Assembly (NCBI GenBank): GCA_963668645.2
Contig: CAXXWC010000001.1
Location: 256,001 to 320,000 of the forward strand
DNA length: 64,000 nt
Source: Desulfobacterales bacterium
GTDB lineage: Bacteria > Desulfobacterota > Desulfobacteria > Desulfobacterales > UBA2174
Reading direction: 5' to 3'
Made by a program: the position numbers and the translations under genes. Below, one piece after another: positions 54,331-64,000 of the stretch; within the stretch, counting starts at the first letter, position 1; each line of letters starts with the position of its first letter. The notes beneath the pieces were generated by a model that was not told the origin of the DNA, made no database searches, and saw only the letters and a program-made list of their open reading frames with translations.

Positions 54331-55281
54331 ATGGGAGCTTATACGGATAAGATTCGCGAAATCGCAGGACGCCTGCTCAAGGACTGCCAGGTCGAGACCG
54401 TCATCGGCTTTCGCAAAGGGTCGATGCCGATGATGAACGAGCCTTGCTTCGTCAGCCGGGCCGATGCGGTCGATCAACTTGTGTGGGACGGCAACTGCGG
54501 CGTCAACCTGGCCAACTACCTCACCAACCGCACCGAATCCAAGATCGGGATCGTTGCCAAGGGGTGCGACAGTCGCAACATCGTCACCCACATCATCGAA
54601 AACAAGATCAAGCGCGAGCAGTTGACCATCATCGGCGTCCCCTGCACCGGCATGATCGACAAAAGGCGTATCAAGAATCTGGCCAGCGGTGAGGTCCTTG
54701 CCGTCGAGGAGCAAGATGAGCGCGTGGTGGTCAGGGGAGACGGCTTCGAGACCACCTACTCGCGCCAGGAAGTGCTTCAGGCCAACTGCGCCGTATGCCA
54801 CCACCGCAACCCGGTGATTTACGACGAACTGGTGGCCGATCCGGTCGTCGAACAGACCGAGGTGGACCGCTATGCGGACGTGCGGGCCCTGGAGGCGCTC
54901 TCGCCCCAGGAAAAATGGGACTATTTCGAGGAGTTGCTGGCCCCCTGCCTGCGCTGCTACGCCTGCCGCAATGCCTGCCCCCTCTGCTACTGCCCCACCT
55001 GTTTCGTGGACGAATCCATGCCCCAGTGGGTGGGTAAAAGCCAGAACCCAGTGGACGTGCGCACCTTTCATTTCCTGCGGGCCTACCACTGCGCCGGGCG
55101 TTGCACCGACTGCGGCAGTTGCGAGCGGGCCTGCCCGGTGGGCATCAACATGCGCCTGTTTACCAAGAAGCTGGAAAAGGAGGCATACGAGGCGTGGGGC
55201 TGGGAAGCCGGCCTGAGCGTGGATCAGCGCCCGCCGCTGGATGCCTACCGGCCCGACGACCCGGAACCGTTCATCAAGTAA
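54331..55281 (+). CDS. FlxC-like 4Fe-4S protein
   Basis: KGCDSRN, IGVPC.G, CLRCYACRNACPLCYC, GRCTDCGSCERACP; located in the hdrA-flx operon. Confidence 0.85.
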   Translation: MGAYTDKIREIAGRLLKDCQVETVIGFRKGSMPMMNEPCFVSRADAVDQLVWDGNCGVNLANYLTNRTESKIGIVAKGCDSRNIVTHIIENKIKREQLTIIGVPCTGMIDKRRIKNLASGEVLAVEEQDERVVVRGDGFETTYSRQEVLQANCAVCHHRNPVIYDELVADPVVEQTEVDRYADVRALEALSPQEKWDYFEELLAPCLRCYACRNACPLCYCPTCFVDESMPQWVGKSQNPVDVRTFHFLRAYHCAGRCTDCGSCERACPVGINMRLFTKKLEKEAYEAWGWEAGLSVDQRPPLDAYRPDDPEPFIK

Positions 55282-55312
55282 TCCAATCGACTTCTCCAGA
55301 TAGAGGCAGACT

Positions 55313-56374
55313 ATGACCTGCATCAAGATCGACAAACAACAGTGGGCTGAAGGGCTGGCAGCGGCCGAGAAGCAATACCGGCTCTTCGGGCCGGTCAAGC
55401 AGGGGGCCCTGTACAACTTCGAGGCCCTCGCCCCCGGCCAGAGCCCGGATCTGGACTGCCCCAATACCCGCACATCGGCCCGCACCGTGGTCTATCCCCA
55501 GAGCGAAGTCCTTTTCGAATACAACCTCGACGAAAAGGCGGCCGATGCCAACATCCTCAAAGAAACCCCGGCCCCGGCTCCCCGGGCGGCCGTAGGGGTG
55601 CGCCCCTGCGATGCCTACAGCTTTGTGCTGGTGCGGCGCAACTTCGACGCGCCGGACGTCCAGGACACCTACTGGATGCGCAACTACGAAGCGACCACCT
55701 TCGTGGGCCTGGCCTGCGACCGGCCGTGCAGCACCTGTTTTTGCACCAGCGCCGGCTGCGGCCCCTACCACGAAGAAGGGCTGGACGTGCTGCTGGTCGA
55801 GGAAGAAGACCATTACCTGGCCAAGGTGATTACCGACAAGGGCGCCGCCTTGCTGGCCGCCGCCGGATGGGAAACGGCGGCCGATCTGGATGCCGAGGCG
55901 CGCATATCCGGTCGCCGGGCAACCGCCGAAGCCCGCGTCGCTTCGAAAGTGCCCACGGACCGGTTGGCCCAGGCCTCCCAATTGGATCTTTACGGAGCCG
56001 GGTTCTGGGAGGATATCGCCTTTGCGTGCATCAACTGCGGCACGTGCACCTTCTTGTGCCCGACCTGCTGGTGCTTTGACATCCAGGACGAGGCCCGGGG
56101 CAAACAGGGGATTCGCGTCCGCAACTGGGACAGCTGCATGTTCCCGCTGTTTACCCTGCACGGCTCCGGCCACAACCCGAGGGGCCAGAAGGTCCAGCGG
56201 GTGCGCCAGCGCTTCATGCACAAACTCAAGTACTACGTCGACAAATACGGCGACGGAATCCAGTGTGTGGGTTGCGGCCGATGCGTGCAGTATTGCCCGG
56301 TGAACATCGACATCCGCCGGGTCTGCGAACTGATGAACGGCCTCGGCCAAGACGCCGCTTGCAAGGTCGCTTGA
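55313..56374 (+). CDS. FlxB-like (AsrA-like) 4Fe-4S protein
   Basis: GVRPCD, CSTCFC, CINCGTCTFLCPTCWCF, RNWDSC, CVGCGRCVQYCP. Confidence 0.87.
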   Translation: MTCIKIDKQQWAEGLAAAEKQYRLFGPVKQGALYNFEALAPGQSPDLDCPNTRTSARTVVYPQSEVLFEYNLDEKAADANILKETPAPAPRAAVGVRPCDAYSFVLVRRNFDAPDVQDTYWMRNYEATTFVGLACDRPCSTCFCTSAGCGPYHEEGLDVLLVEEEDHYLAKVITDKGAALLAAAGWETAADLDAEARISGRRATAEARVASKVPTDRLAQASQLDLYGAGFWEDIAFACINCGTCTFLCPTCWCFDIQDEARGKQGIRVRNWDSCMFPLFTLHGSGHNPRGQKVQRVRQRFMHKLKYYVDKYGDGIQCVGCGRCVQYCPVNIDIRRVCELMNGLGQDAACKVA

Positions 56375-56388
56375 CAAAGGGGGACCCC

Positions 56389-57231
56389 GTGCAGCCAAAT
56401 CCTTATCTGCCCTATCCGGTTCGCATCGACGACATTGCGATCGAAACCGAAGACAAAAATCTGAAAACCTTCAAGTTCTGCTTTCTCGACCCTGCAGACG
56501 AAGAGAAATTCGCCTACCACCCGGGCCAGTTTGCCGAGCTTTCCATCGCCGGCAAGGGGGAGATTCCCATCGGCATCGCCTCCTCGCCCACCGAGAAAGG
56601 GTTTGTCAAATTCACCGTCAACAAGGTCGGCCTGGTGACCACCCATCTGCACAAGATGAAGGTCGGCGACGTGATGGGCATCCGCGGCCCGCTGGGCAAC
56701 TGGTACCCCTGGCAACAGCTGGAAGGCAAGAACGTGGTGATCATTGGCGGCGGTTTTGCTTTCACCACCCTGCGCTCGTCGATCGTCTACATGCTGGAAA
56801 ACCGGGACAAGTTCGGCGATATTCATGTCATCTACGGGGCGCGCAACCCGGGAATGCTGCTATACCGCGATGAGCTGGCCGCATGGGAAGCGCGCGACGA
56901 CATTCACATGCACATCACGGTGGACGCCACCGATGACCCGAGCTGGAAGTACAACGTGGGCTTCGTGCCGACCATCACCGATCAAAAGGCGCCTGAGGCC
57001 GATGAGAACACTTATGCCATCATCTGCGGCCCGCCGATCATGATCAAGTTCACCCAGCCGGTCCTGGATGCGCGCGGCTACGGCCACGATCGCATCATCA
57101 TGAGCCTGGAAAACCGCATGAAGTGCGGCATCGGTATGTGCAGCCACTGCAACGTGGGCCAGCATTTCGTTTGCAAGGATGGTCCGGTCTTTACGCTGGC
57201 CCAATTAAACGGGATGCCCAAGGAGTATTAA
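56389..57231 (+). CDS. FlxA-like FAD/NAD-binding [2Fe-2S] oxidoreductase
   Basis: GTG at 56389 after AAAGGGGG; PGQF, RGPLGN, IGGG, CGPPIM, ENRMKCGIGMCSHC, VCKDGPVF. Confidence 0.9.
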   Translation: MQPNPYLPYPVRIDDIAIETEDKNLKTFKFCFLDPADEEKFAYHPGQFAELSIAGKGEIPIGIASSPTEKGFVKFTVNKVGLVTTHLHKMKVGDVMGIRGPLGNWYPWQQLEGKNVVIIGGGFAFTTLRSSIVYMLENRDKFGDIHVIYGARNPGMLLYRDELAAWEARDDIHMHITVDATDDPSWKYNVGFVPTITDQKAPEADENTYAIICGPPIMIKFTQPVLDARGYGHDRIIMSLENRMKCGIGMCSHCNVGQHFVCKDGPVFTLAQLNGMPKEY

Positions 57232-57369
57232 GCGCTGAACAGAGTCAAATTGATATTGACTTCCATTGACAATTCGGTTAGAAAGAGTTTTCTATACCCG
57301 GCACCAAAATCCGAATAACATAGGGCGGTAAGCCATTAAATTAACTCTAGACTGAAGGAGGATGTTGTC

Positions 57370-57687
57370 ATGCCGCAAGTTGAATTCTCTGGGAAGACTT
57401 TCAACGTCGACGAAGACGGTTTCATCGACGATTACACCAACTGGTCCGAAGAATGGGTACAGTACGTCAAGACTGAGGAAGGCATCGACGAGCTGGGCGA
57501 AGAACATCGTCTGGTGATCAAGACCCTGCGCGAGTATTATGAAAAGAACGGCATCGCCCCCATGGTGCGGGTGCTCTCCAAGGTCACCGGCTTCAAACTG
57601 AAGCACATCTACGAGCTGTTTCCCTCCGGACCGGGCAAGGGAGCCTGCAAGATGGCCGGTCTGCCGAAACCGACCGGTTGTGTCTGA
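57370..57687 (+). CDS. dsrC: Dissimilatory sulfite reductase sulfur-carrier protein DsrC
   Basis: VDEDGF, GIAPMVRVLSK, YELFPSGPGKGACKMAGLPKPTGCV with both conserved C-terminal Cys. Confidence 0.96.
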   Translation: MPQVEFSGKTFNVDEDGFIDDYTNWSEEWVQYVKTEEGIDELGEEHRLVIKTLREYYEKNGIAPMVRVLSKVTGFKLKHIYELFPSGPGKGACKMAGLPKPTGCV

Positions 57688-57728
57688 TTCAAGACCGCCC
57701 GTTACAAAAAAGCTCCACGGTTTCACCC

Positions 57729-57759
57729 AAGGCCCTGCCACCGATGCAGGGCCTTTTTT
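57729..57759 (+). terminator. Intrinsic terminator after dsrC
   Basis: AAGGCCCTGC / GCAGGGCCTT stem followed by a T run. Confidence 0.8.
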
Positions 57760-57773
57760 CATTTGCTGCACCG

Positions 57774-58187
57774 ATGATCCTTAACCTCACCACCCATAGA
57801 CGAAGCGAACTGATCGACATCACCGCCGAGGTGCGCCGGGCGGTGAGCCACCTGCTCGCCGGGGGCAGCGGGCTCTGTCTGATCTACGTGCCCCATACCA
57901 CCGCCGGGGTGACCATCAACGAAAGCGCCGATCCAGATGTGGCCCGCGACATCCTCAAGATGCTCGAAATGCTGGTGCCTTACGAGGCCGGATACCGGCA
58001 CCGCGAGGGCAACTCCGCCGCCCACATCAAAACCTCATTGGTGGGCACATCCCAAACCGTGGCCGTGGAAGACGGCCGTCCGGTCCTGGGAACCTGGCAG
58101 GGCATCTTCTTTTGCGAATTCGACGGCCCGCGCTCACGCAAGATCCTTTTGAAGTGTATCCCGGCCATCGAAGATCGGCACCCCTGA
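57774..58187 (+). CDS. YjbQ family protein (UPF0047)
   Basis: PHTTAGVTINESADPDV, H.EGNSAAHIK, LGTWQGIFFCEFDGPR. Start refined to MILNL. Confidence 0.92.
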   Translation: MILNLTTHRRSELIDITAEVRRAVSHLLAGGSGLCLIYVPHTTAGVTINESADPDVARDILKMLEMLVPYEAGYRHREGNSAAHIKTSLVGTSQTVAVEDGRPVLGTWQGIFFCEFDGPRSRKILLKCIPAIEDRHP

Positions 58188-58220
58188 TTGAACCCGAACC
58201 CAAACGAACGGACTTCGCCG

Positions 58221-58700
58221 ATGGCCACAATGCCGGATCTCGACGACACCGACCGTGCCCTGCTCAATCGCATCCAATCGGACTTTCCGCTCACCGAACG
58301 TCCTTTTGCCGCCATCGGGGCTGAACTGAACCTGTCCGAAGCGGATGTGCTGGACCGGGTTCGGCGCCTGAAGGACCAGGACATCATCCGGCGCATCGGC
58401 GGCAACTTCGTCCCCGAAAAAGTGGGGTTCGTTTCGACCCTCTGCGCGGCCCGGGTCCCCCAAGACCGGATCGAGGCCTTCAGCATTGTCGTCAATCGCT
58501 ACGCCGGGGTCACCCACAACTATCTGCGCGATCATCAACTCAACGTCTGGTTCACCTTTATCGCTCCGTCCATGGAAGAGATCGAAGCCCATCTGGCCGC
58601 CATCCGCCGGGAGACGGGGGTCGAAAAAATCCTCAATCTGCCGGCCACCCGGGTTTTTAAAATCCGGGCGCACTTCGACCTGGATCAAATCGATATCTGA
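58221..58700 (+). CDS. ahbA: Siroheme decarboxylase subunit alpha (AhbA/NirD-like)
   Basis: LLNRIQSDFPL..RPF, IIRRIG, STLCAARV, GVTHNYLR, NVWFT, LNLPA..VFKI. Confidence 0.85.
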   Translation: MATMPDLDDTDRALLNRIQSDFPLTERPFAAIGAELNLSEADVLDRVRRLKDQDIIRRIGGNFVPEKVGFVSTLCAARVPQDRIEAFSIVVNRYAGVTHNYLRDHQLNVWFTFIAPSMEEIEAHLAAIRRETGVEKILNLPATRVFKIRAHFDLDQIDI

Positions 58701-59187
58701 ACATCGATCTGCCGACCAAAGATCGGCTTGGACCAACCGATGAAACGCACTCCACCCGCGCCCAGGTATGGCCGCGCTGATAGTAGTAATCCTGCGCCAC
58801 GGTGAAACCCGATACATGGGCGAAGCCCGGCGCAGATGGGGTGGGCAGCAGCCCGGCATCCTCGATCATCTGGTCGTAGGGACACTTGACACAGTTGTAG
58901 CCATGGGCGCAAAGTTTGTAGGCCACCCGGCCGCTGAGCATGTGCCGGCACTTGAGATCCTTGACCAGCATGCGCAGCCGCGGCGGGGTATGGTCCTGGG
59001 CCGCGGCGCCGGGGCGCTTTTCTCGGGCCTGAAAATCGCGCTGCACCTTCTGGTCGAAATCGCACCCGAGGCAATCGAAGGCGTTCATGCATTTGACCGG
59101 CTTGATCACCCCGGCCTGGCTCCAAACGCACTGATCCTGGATTGTCTGATAGACCACCGGACGACTGTTTTGCTTTTGAGCTGCCAT
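58657..59187 (-). pseudogene. Truncated Cys-rich GcvH-like protein
   Basis: Two Cys clusters (CVW..AGV...C...FDC..C.FD; CRH..SG.....C...Y.C..CPYD), then only the start of a GcvH-like domain (YYYQRGHTWARVE). Unrelated sequence follows and overlaps the ahbA 3' end. Confidence 0.6.
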
Positions 59188-59578
59188 GACGGCCTCCTTT
59201 CATTGCGTTGATAGGGTGGGACTTCGAAGGGGATGTTTGAATTGCAGGTCTTGACCAGGCATAAAAGCAGAAATCGGGCCAGGGTTTTACACAGGGCTGA
59301 AAACAATTTTATCCAATTGATTTTTAACCAGAATCAATTTAACCCGCAATCCTTGCCGGCCCGCTGCCACCCCCGGAAAAATGAGGCGAAATGCGTCACA
59401 CGATTCCACCGCCGGCTCATCCTGGAAAAATAATTTTTAATAACAAATGGTTATAAGAATGATGCAAAATACACCAGGGTGGCGCAAATTACCGCGTTTT
59501 TCGTAACAAGGCCTTTCTGGAACGGATTTTTTGCAGCAATGATCCGGCAGATCATCGAGACAAGAATGGAATTTTGCC

Positions 59579-60427
59579 ATGAAAGATATCCGCATCGCCG
59601 TTGCCGTCAGCCGCTCTCCGCTGGGGCAGATCGCGTACAACCTGGAGACGGTTCAAAAGATGACGATCCGGGCGGCCCGTCATGGAGCGGCCATGGTCTG
59701 TTTTTCCGAACTCAACGTCACCGGCTACGGTCTTGGCCAAGCACTACGAGACGCGGCCCTTTCAGCGTCGGACCCGGTGCTGGATCGGCTGGCCGAAACC
59801 GCGTCGCGAAGCGGTGTGGTGATCCTGGCCGGCCTGGCGGAAAAGGCCCCCGGCGCCTTGGTCTATGCGGCTCACTGGGTCTTCTGGCCCGACGGGCGCC
59901 GGCAAGCCTATCGCAAAGTGCATATCGCGCCACCGGAAAAGGGGGTCCTCACCGGCGGCGACCGGGCCCCGCTTTTCGAAGCTGCAGGGGTGCGCTTCGG
60001 CATCCAGCTCTGTTACGATGCCCACTTCCCCGAGCTGTCCACCCGCATGGCCCTGGACGGTGCCGAACTCATCTTCGTTCCCCATGCCTCACCCCACGGC
60101 ACGGTACGGCAAAAAAGAGATTCCTGGCGGCGGCATCTTACCGCTCGGGCTTTTGACAACGGGGTATTTGTGGTGGCCTGCAACCAAAGCGGGGAAAATG
60201 GGGCCGGTTTGAGCTTTCCGGGCCTGGCCATGATCATCGGGCCGGACGGCGCCATTCTGGCCGGCAAGAGCGCCGCCGGTGACAGCCTGTTGATCGCCGA
60301 TCTTTGCGCCGAATCCCTCTGCCGGGTCCGGGAGCACCGCATGCGCTACTTCCTGCCGCACCGGCGGCCTGAGGTCTACGCAGGAACGAATAAGTTGAAC
60401 CCCCAACCCGACCCATGCCAACAGTAG
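59579..60427 (+). CDS. Carbon-nitrogen hydrolase (nitrilase superfamily)
   Basis: FSEL, YRKVH and QLCYD catalytic triad motifs; ARAFDNGVF. Confidence 0.9.
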   Translation: MKDIRIAVAVSRSPLGQIAYNLETVQKMTIRAARHGAAMVCFSELNVTGYGLGQALRDAALSASDPVLDRLAETASRSGVVILAGLAEKAPGALVYAAHWVFWPDGRRQAYRKVHIAPPEKGVLTGGDRAPLFEAAGVRFGIQLCYDAHFPELSTRMALDGAELIFVPHASPHGTVRQKRDSWRRHLTARAFDNGVFVVACNQSGENGAGLSFPGLAMIIGPDGAILAGKSAAGDSLLIADLCAESLCRVREHRMRYFLPHRRPEVYAGTNKLNPQPDPCQQ

Positions 60428-60456
60428 ACCGCCTCAGGGCACGGCAGACGCCCGCC

Positions 60457-61197
60457 TCACCTGCCTCCGGATATCAGAAGCGGCAGCACGCTGGTGGCCA
60501 AAAAATCACAAAGGCCGTGCACCATGATGTTCAGGGTCAGGTTACCCTGCCAGAGGTAAAGAAGGGTCAGCACCGCCCCCAGCGGCAGCACAACACCCAA
60601 TGCATGAACGGCGCCCGCGTAGGGGATGTGGGAAAGACTGAACAGAAGCAGCCCGGCCAGGGCCCCCGGCCAGCGGAGGCCCAAAATCCGGTCGCTGCGC
60701 GTAATCGGATAGGCCCGGAAAAGGATCTCCTCGACGAACCCGGCACGCAGGCTGGTGGCGAACCGGGCCCACAGCGGCCATTGGGCCACGGTGGTCACAT
60801 CCACCATGGTCCTTGAGGCCAGGTGGAAAATCCGGGTTTCAAAGTCCCACAGCAGCGCTATCATCAGGCACATCCCCGCCGCAAGGCAGACCCCGAGCAC
60901 CGCTTGGCGCAGCGAAAGGCGGCCGAGCCCCAACGCGCCGAGCCCCTCGCCTTCCAGGTAGCGCACCACCAGGAGTACCGCCAGGGCCAGGTCCCAGAAA
61001 AAGACTTCGTTGGCCACGAAGGCGGCCGCCGGATCCATAAACCGCTGGGACAGGATCCGCAGCACCCGGGCCCAGATCACCGGGGCCCCCAGGGACAAAG
61101 CGAGCACGGTCAGGGCGATGATCAAAGGGGGGCGACGCAATAATCTGCTCTTCAAAGCGGATACCCACTCCCTGGGATCGGATGGGCCAAAGGGCAC
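60457..61197 (-). CDS. CPBP (Abi/CAAX) intramembrane metalloprotease
   Basis: EEILFRAY, F.LSH and HGLCD motifs; multiple TM helices. Confidence 0.88.
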   Translation of the reverse strand: MPFGPSDPREWVSALKSRLLRRPPLIIALTVLALSLGAPVIWARVLRILSQRFMDPAAAFVANEVFFWDLALAVLLVVRYLEGEGLGALGLGRLSLRQAVLGVCLAAGMCLMIALLWDFETRIFHLASRTMVDVTTVAQWPLWARFATSLRAGFVEEILFRAYPITRSDRILGLRWPGALAGLLLFSLSHIPYAGAVHALGVVLPLGAVLTLLYLWQGNLTLNIMVHGLCDFLATSVLPLLISGGR

Positions 61198-61209
61198 CGG
61201 CAGCAGGCG

Positions 61210-61905
61210 CTATTCGGGGGCGGCGAAAAGGCCGGCCCCTTTCTTGAAGCGCCCGATTTCCACCCCCAGAGACCTCAGCACCAGAGTCAGAGGGCGGCCG
61301 AAGACGAAATCGAGCAGCCCCTCGACCATGCGGCGCTTTTCCACCAGCAGGCGGCGCAGTTCGAGATCGTAACGCACCTTTCCCATCAGCTCCCGTTCCA
61401 GGGCCCGGCTTCCCTGCCCGTTGCAGCGCCAATCTTCGGCCAATGCCGTCACCTGCCAGACACTGCAACGCCGCTCATGGTCGCTTACCAGATCCCAGAG
61501 TCCCTCCACCTCACCGATAAGGTCACGCCGGCAGAGGCGTTCACGATCATAGAGGGCTTCGATGGCGGCGGTTTGCCGGCAGTCAAGGACCCGGCATTCC
61601 ACCGGCCGGTGCATATAGATGGTGCAGGCATTGCCCGGCGGGTCGAAATAGATGCAGCCGCGTGTCCCCGGACGGCTTCGAATCTTGATGATATCCTGGC
61701 TGCATACGGTCAGCCGGTCTTGCTTGACGTTGTCGCGCACCGGTTCACCGGGCCGGATGGTATAAAGCCGGTGGGCGGGGATCCGACCGTCGTCCACCAG
61801 GGGCCGGTCCTGGCGGTGCAGGGCCGGTCCGCCGTTGCGGCAGCAGGTGCCGCAGCGGCGGCAGGTGCCGCGCAGCCGGTCATCTATTTGGGAGTTTTCC
61901 ACCAT
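61210..61905 (-). CDS. YkgJ-family CxxCxxCC cluster protein
   Basis: CRRCGTCC, GCIYF, CTIYMHRPVECR. Confidence 0.85.
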   Translation of the reverse strand: MVENSQIDDRLRGTCRRCGTCCRNGGPALHRQDRPLVDDGRIPAHRLYTIRPGEPVRDNVKQDRLTVCSQDIIKIRSRPGTRGCIYFDPPGNACTIYMHRPVECRVLDCRQTAAIEALYDRERLCRRDLIGEVEGLWDLVSDHERRCSVWQVTALAEDWRCNGQGSRALERELMGKVRYDLELRRLLVEKRRMVEGLLDFVFGRPLTLVLRSLGVEIGRFKKGAGLFAAPE

Positions 61906-62031
61906 TGCGGCAGGCTACCGGATTCCGTGCGTCATGGCAATCGCCCGTCGCCGGCGTAAAATCCTCGGTGAGGTTAATACTTGGGGGGCATCGGAACCCA
62001 AGATCGCGCCAACCCGGCCTCTGAACCTTTC

Positions 62032-62808
62032 TCATCCACCGGGTGAATAACCCATCAAGCGGGAAATTTCCTTTGCCGCGGCGACAATTTGGGGAGCAAT
62101 CTGCTCAAAGGCCTCACGCTCCGGGCGCCGGCTCGTCGTCCATGCGATGTTGGTGGCGGCAAAGGGGATGCCTCTGTAATTGAAAATAGGCGCCGCCACG
62201 GCTCTCAACCCTATTTCCAGCTCTTCGTTGTTTACGGCAAAGCCCTTTGCCCGGATCTGCTCAAGCTCTTTGAGCAACGCTGCACGGGAGACGATGGTGT
62301 TGCCGGTTCTCGGCTTGAACTCGATGCCGGCGATGATCTTTTCCAACTCTTCTTCCGGCATAAAAGCCAGGATCACCTTGCCCATACTGGCGCAGTAGAC
62401 CGGCAGCCGTTCGCCCACCTCGACGTTGGCGTTGACCAGATAGTCGGATACCACCCGCTCGATGTAGACGATTTCCGAACCGCTGAGCAGTGCGAGGTTG
62501 ACCGTTTCCCGGGTCTGGTCCCGCAACCGCCTCAGGATGGGCAGGGCTGACCTTCTCAGGCTGATACCCTTGAGTGCGGAAACCATCAGGGCCGTCAACC
62601 TCGGTCCGTATTGATATTTCTTGGTACCGGGAAACAGCTCGAGAACCCCGAGGGTCTGCATCGTCTTGAGCAGGCGAAAGCAGGTGGTTTTCTTATAACC
62701 GGTGGTCCGCGAGATTTCTTCCAGAGTCAGCAGATGATCGCCGCTGTGGAGACAATCGAGGATGTTAAAACACTTCTCGATGGATTGGTTGTGGTCTCTG
62801 CCGGGCAC
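62032..62808 (-). CDS. IclR family transcriptional regulator
   Basis: N-terminal HTH; ETVNLA, LPVYCASMGKVILA, GFAVNNEE, AVAAPI. Confidence 0.93.
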   Translation of the reverse strand: MPGRDHNQSIEKCFNILDCLHSGDHLLTLEEISRTTGYKKTTCFRLLKTMQTLGVLELFPGTKKYQYGPRLTALMVSALKGISLRRSALPILRRLRDQTRETVNLALLSGSEIVYIERVVSDYLVNANVEVGERLPVYCASMGKVILAFMPEEELEKIIAGIEFKPRTGNTIVSRAALLKELEQIRAKGFAVNNEELEIGLRAVAAPIFNYRGIPFAATNIAWTTSRRPEREAFEQIAPQIVAAAKEISRLMGYSPGG

Positions 62809-63053
62809 GGCTTTCTCCTTTGCACCGCAATTTTAGCATGAAAACCGATTAGATACTGAATCCGCGAAGGCGGATTTTTCTATCATCGGCGCTGGTTGCA
62901 CGTCAAGGAGGTTTGCAGCCGTCCGGCAATTCCCGGTCAATCCGAGATCAGTTGATTGGCCCAAAGAATGAAAGCATTGGACTTGCGATTTTTGCAAAAC
63001 GGTGCCGGCGGCTCGGGGTCTGAGTTTGCACGCCCGGGCCGCCGGGGCTGAAA

Positions 63054-64000
63054 TCAGGCCGCAACGGCCGGCGGAACAGACTGCGCGAGCAAGTTCCGGT
63101 TTATGGCCACCGGCATCGTCAGCAGGGCCTGGGAAAGGGTCTTGCCCTGATTGTCCAAAAGAAGCGACACTGTCCCGCCGCCGTCCAGGGCGTTCTCGAG
63201 AACGAAGTTGACCGCCCGCAGATTGTCCAGCCGGTAGCGCCGCACCGATCCGCGAACATTGGTGTTGAAAAAGGCCGCCACCTTTTCACAGGTCAATTCA
63301 CGCAACAGTTCAGGATAGAACCGCTCCTCCAGCGCGGCCACACCGATGTTGCAGCAATCGCCCTTGTCCCCGGAGCGGGCGTGGGCCACGCGTCCGAGGG
63401 GCACCTGAACCGTTTCGCCGTCCGGCCGCTTTCCCGTTTCCACCGGCTCCGGCGGCAGCAGAGGCTCCCCGGCCGGGCCGGCGTCGCAATTGAAGAACGA
63501 CTCTTCACCGTTTACCCGCAGCCTTGCCGTGACCGCCTGCCGGGGGATCAGGGCCGGCCAGAAACCGTAGGCCGGCTGGACCTGGGGCCGGCCGCCGAAA
63601 ACGGTCACGCCCGGCGGGCCGGAAAGGATCAGCCCGGCGATTTCCCGGCTCATCCTGACCAGGGGCGCCTTGTCGGCGGCCCGGGCCGCAAAACGCAGGA
63701 TAATCTCGCTCGGCTCGACTCCGGGGGCGGCCGACTCGCCCCAGCAGGCCGTGTAGCCGACAAAATCGGTGCGCCGCTCGCTGAATCCGCCGCCCACCCG
63801 TTCCCAGAACATCTTTGCGAAGCATTCGGCCTTGGCGATGACATCCGGCCCGCTGACCACCAGCATGGCCACGGCTTTATAGCCGGCTTCGTAAGTCACG
63901 GAGACCTTGAGCCGGGGTGGGGGCTGGCGGCCGCGCACATCCTTGACCAGGACCCGGTCCGGCCCGGCCTGAGCCAGGCTGAGGGAGGTAAAATCCGCAG
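63054..64000 (-). CDS. AtuA-like (acyclic terpene utilisation, DUF1446) protein, 5' part beyond window edge
   Basis: LKVSVTYEAGY, LSGPPG, AHARSGDKGD..NIGV, ALDGGGTVSL..DNQGK; the frame appears to stay open to the window end. Confidence 0.85.
   Translation of the reverse strand, partial: ADFTSLSLAQAGPDRVLVKDVRGRQPPPRLKVSVTYEAGYKAVAMLVVSGPDVIAKAECFAKMFWERVGGGFSERRTDFVGYTACWGESAAPGVEPSEIILRFAARAADKAPLVRMSREIAGLILSGPPGVTVFGGRPQVQPAYGFWPALIPRQAVTARLRVNGEESFFNCDAGPAGEPLLPPEPVETGKRPDGETVQVPLGRVAHARSGDKGDCCNIGVAALEERFYPELLRELTCEKVAAFFNTNVRGSVRRYRLDNLRAVNFVLENALDGGGTVSLLLDNQGKTLSQALLTMPVAINRNLLAQSVPPAVAA

Noticed and set aside
59240..59262. Possible sigma-54 promoter upstream of the GcvH-like gene (TGGTCAAGACCTGCA)
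   Set aside because: The GG-to-GC spacing is 9 nt rather than the required 10.

Overview
The window looks like the chromosome of a sulfate-reducing deltaproteobacterium (Desulfobacterales-like; inferred from dsrC, the hdrA/flx operon and ahbA). Ordinary content: two-component and sigma-54 regulators, an amidohydrolase and symporter, tRNA-Met, hpt, a DnaJ/CbpA protein, mnmG, nadE, miaA, hdrL-flxDCBA-dsrC, ahbA, an IclR regulator and an AtuA-like gene. Two accessory loci stand out. (1) 14.3-22.8 kb is a complete diversity-generating retroelement (HRDC accessory gene, RT, 130-nt template repeat). It has two NACHT/NLR-type target genes whose C-terminal FGE-sulfatase/CLec variable repeats differ from the template only at adenines (20 of 20 mismatches each, counted by hand). 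The larger target carries an N-terminal amyloid-like motif that matches the C-terminal motif of the Bell-like small protein directly upstream. This suggests a hypermutable NLR sensor coupled to an amyloid-signalling effector. (2) 35.2-41.5 kb holds two more NACHT-FGE genes with a different family of variable repeats, flanking a truncated DGR RT. This second DGR is internally deleted, its template is not in the window, and it is bracketed by direct copies of a MITE-like repeat. All domain calls come from motif recognition by eye; no database searches were run.
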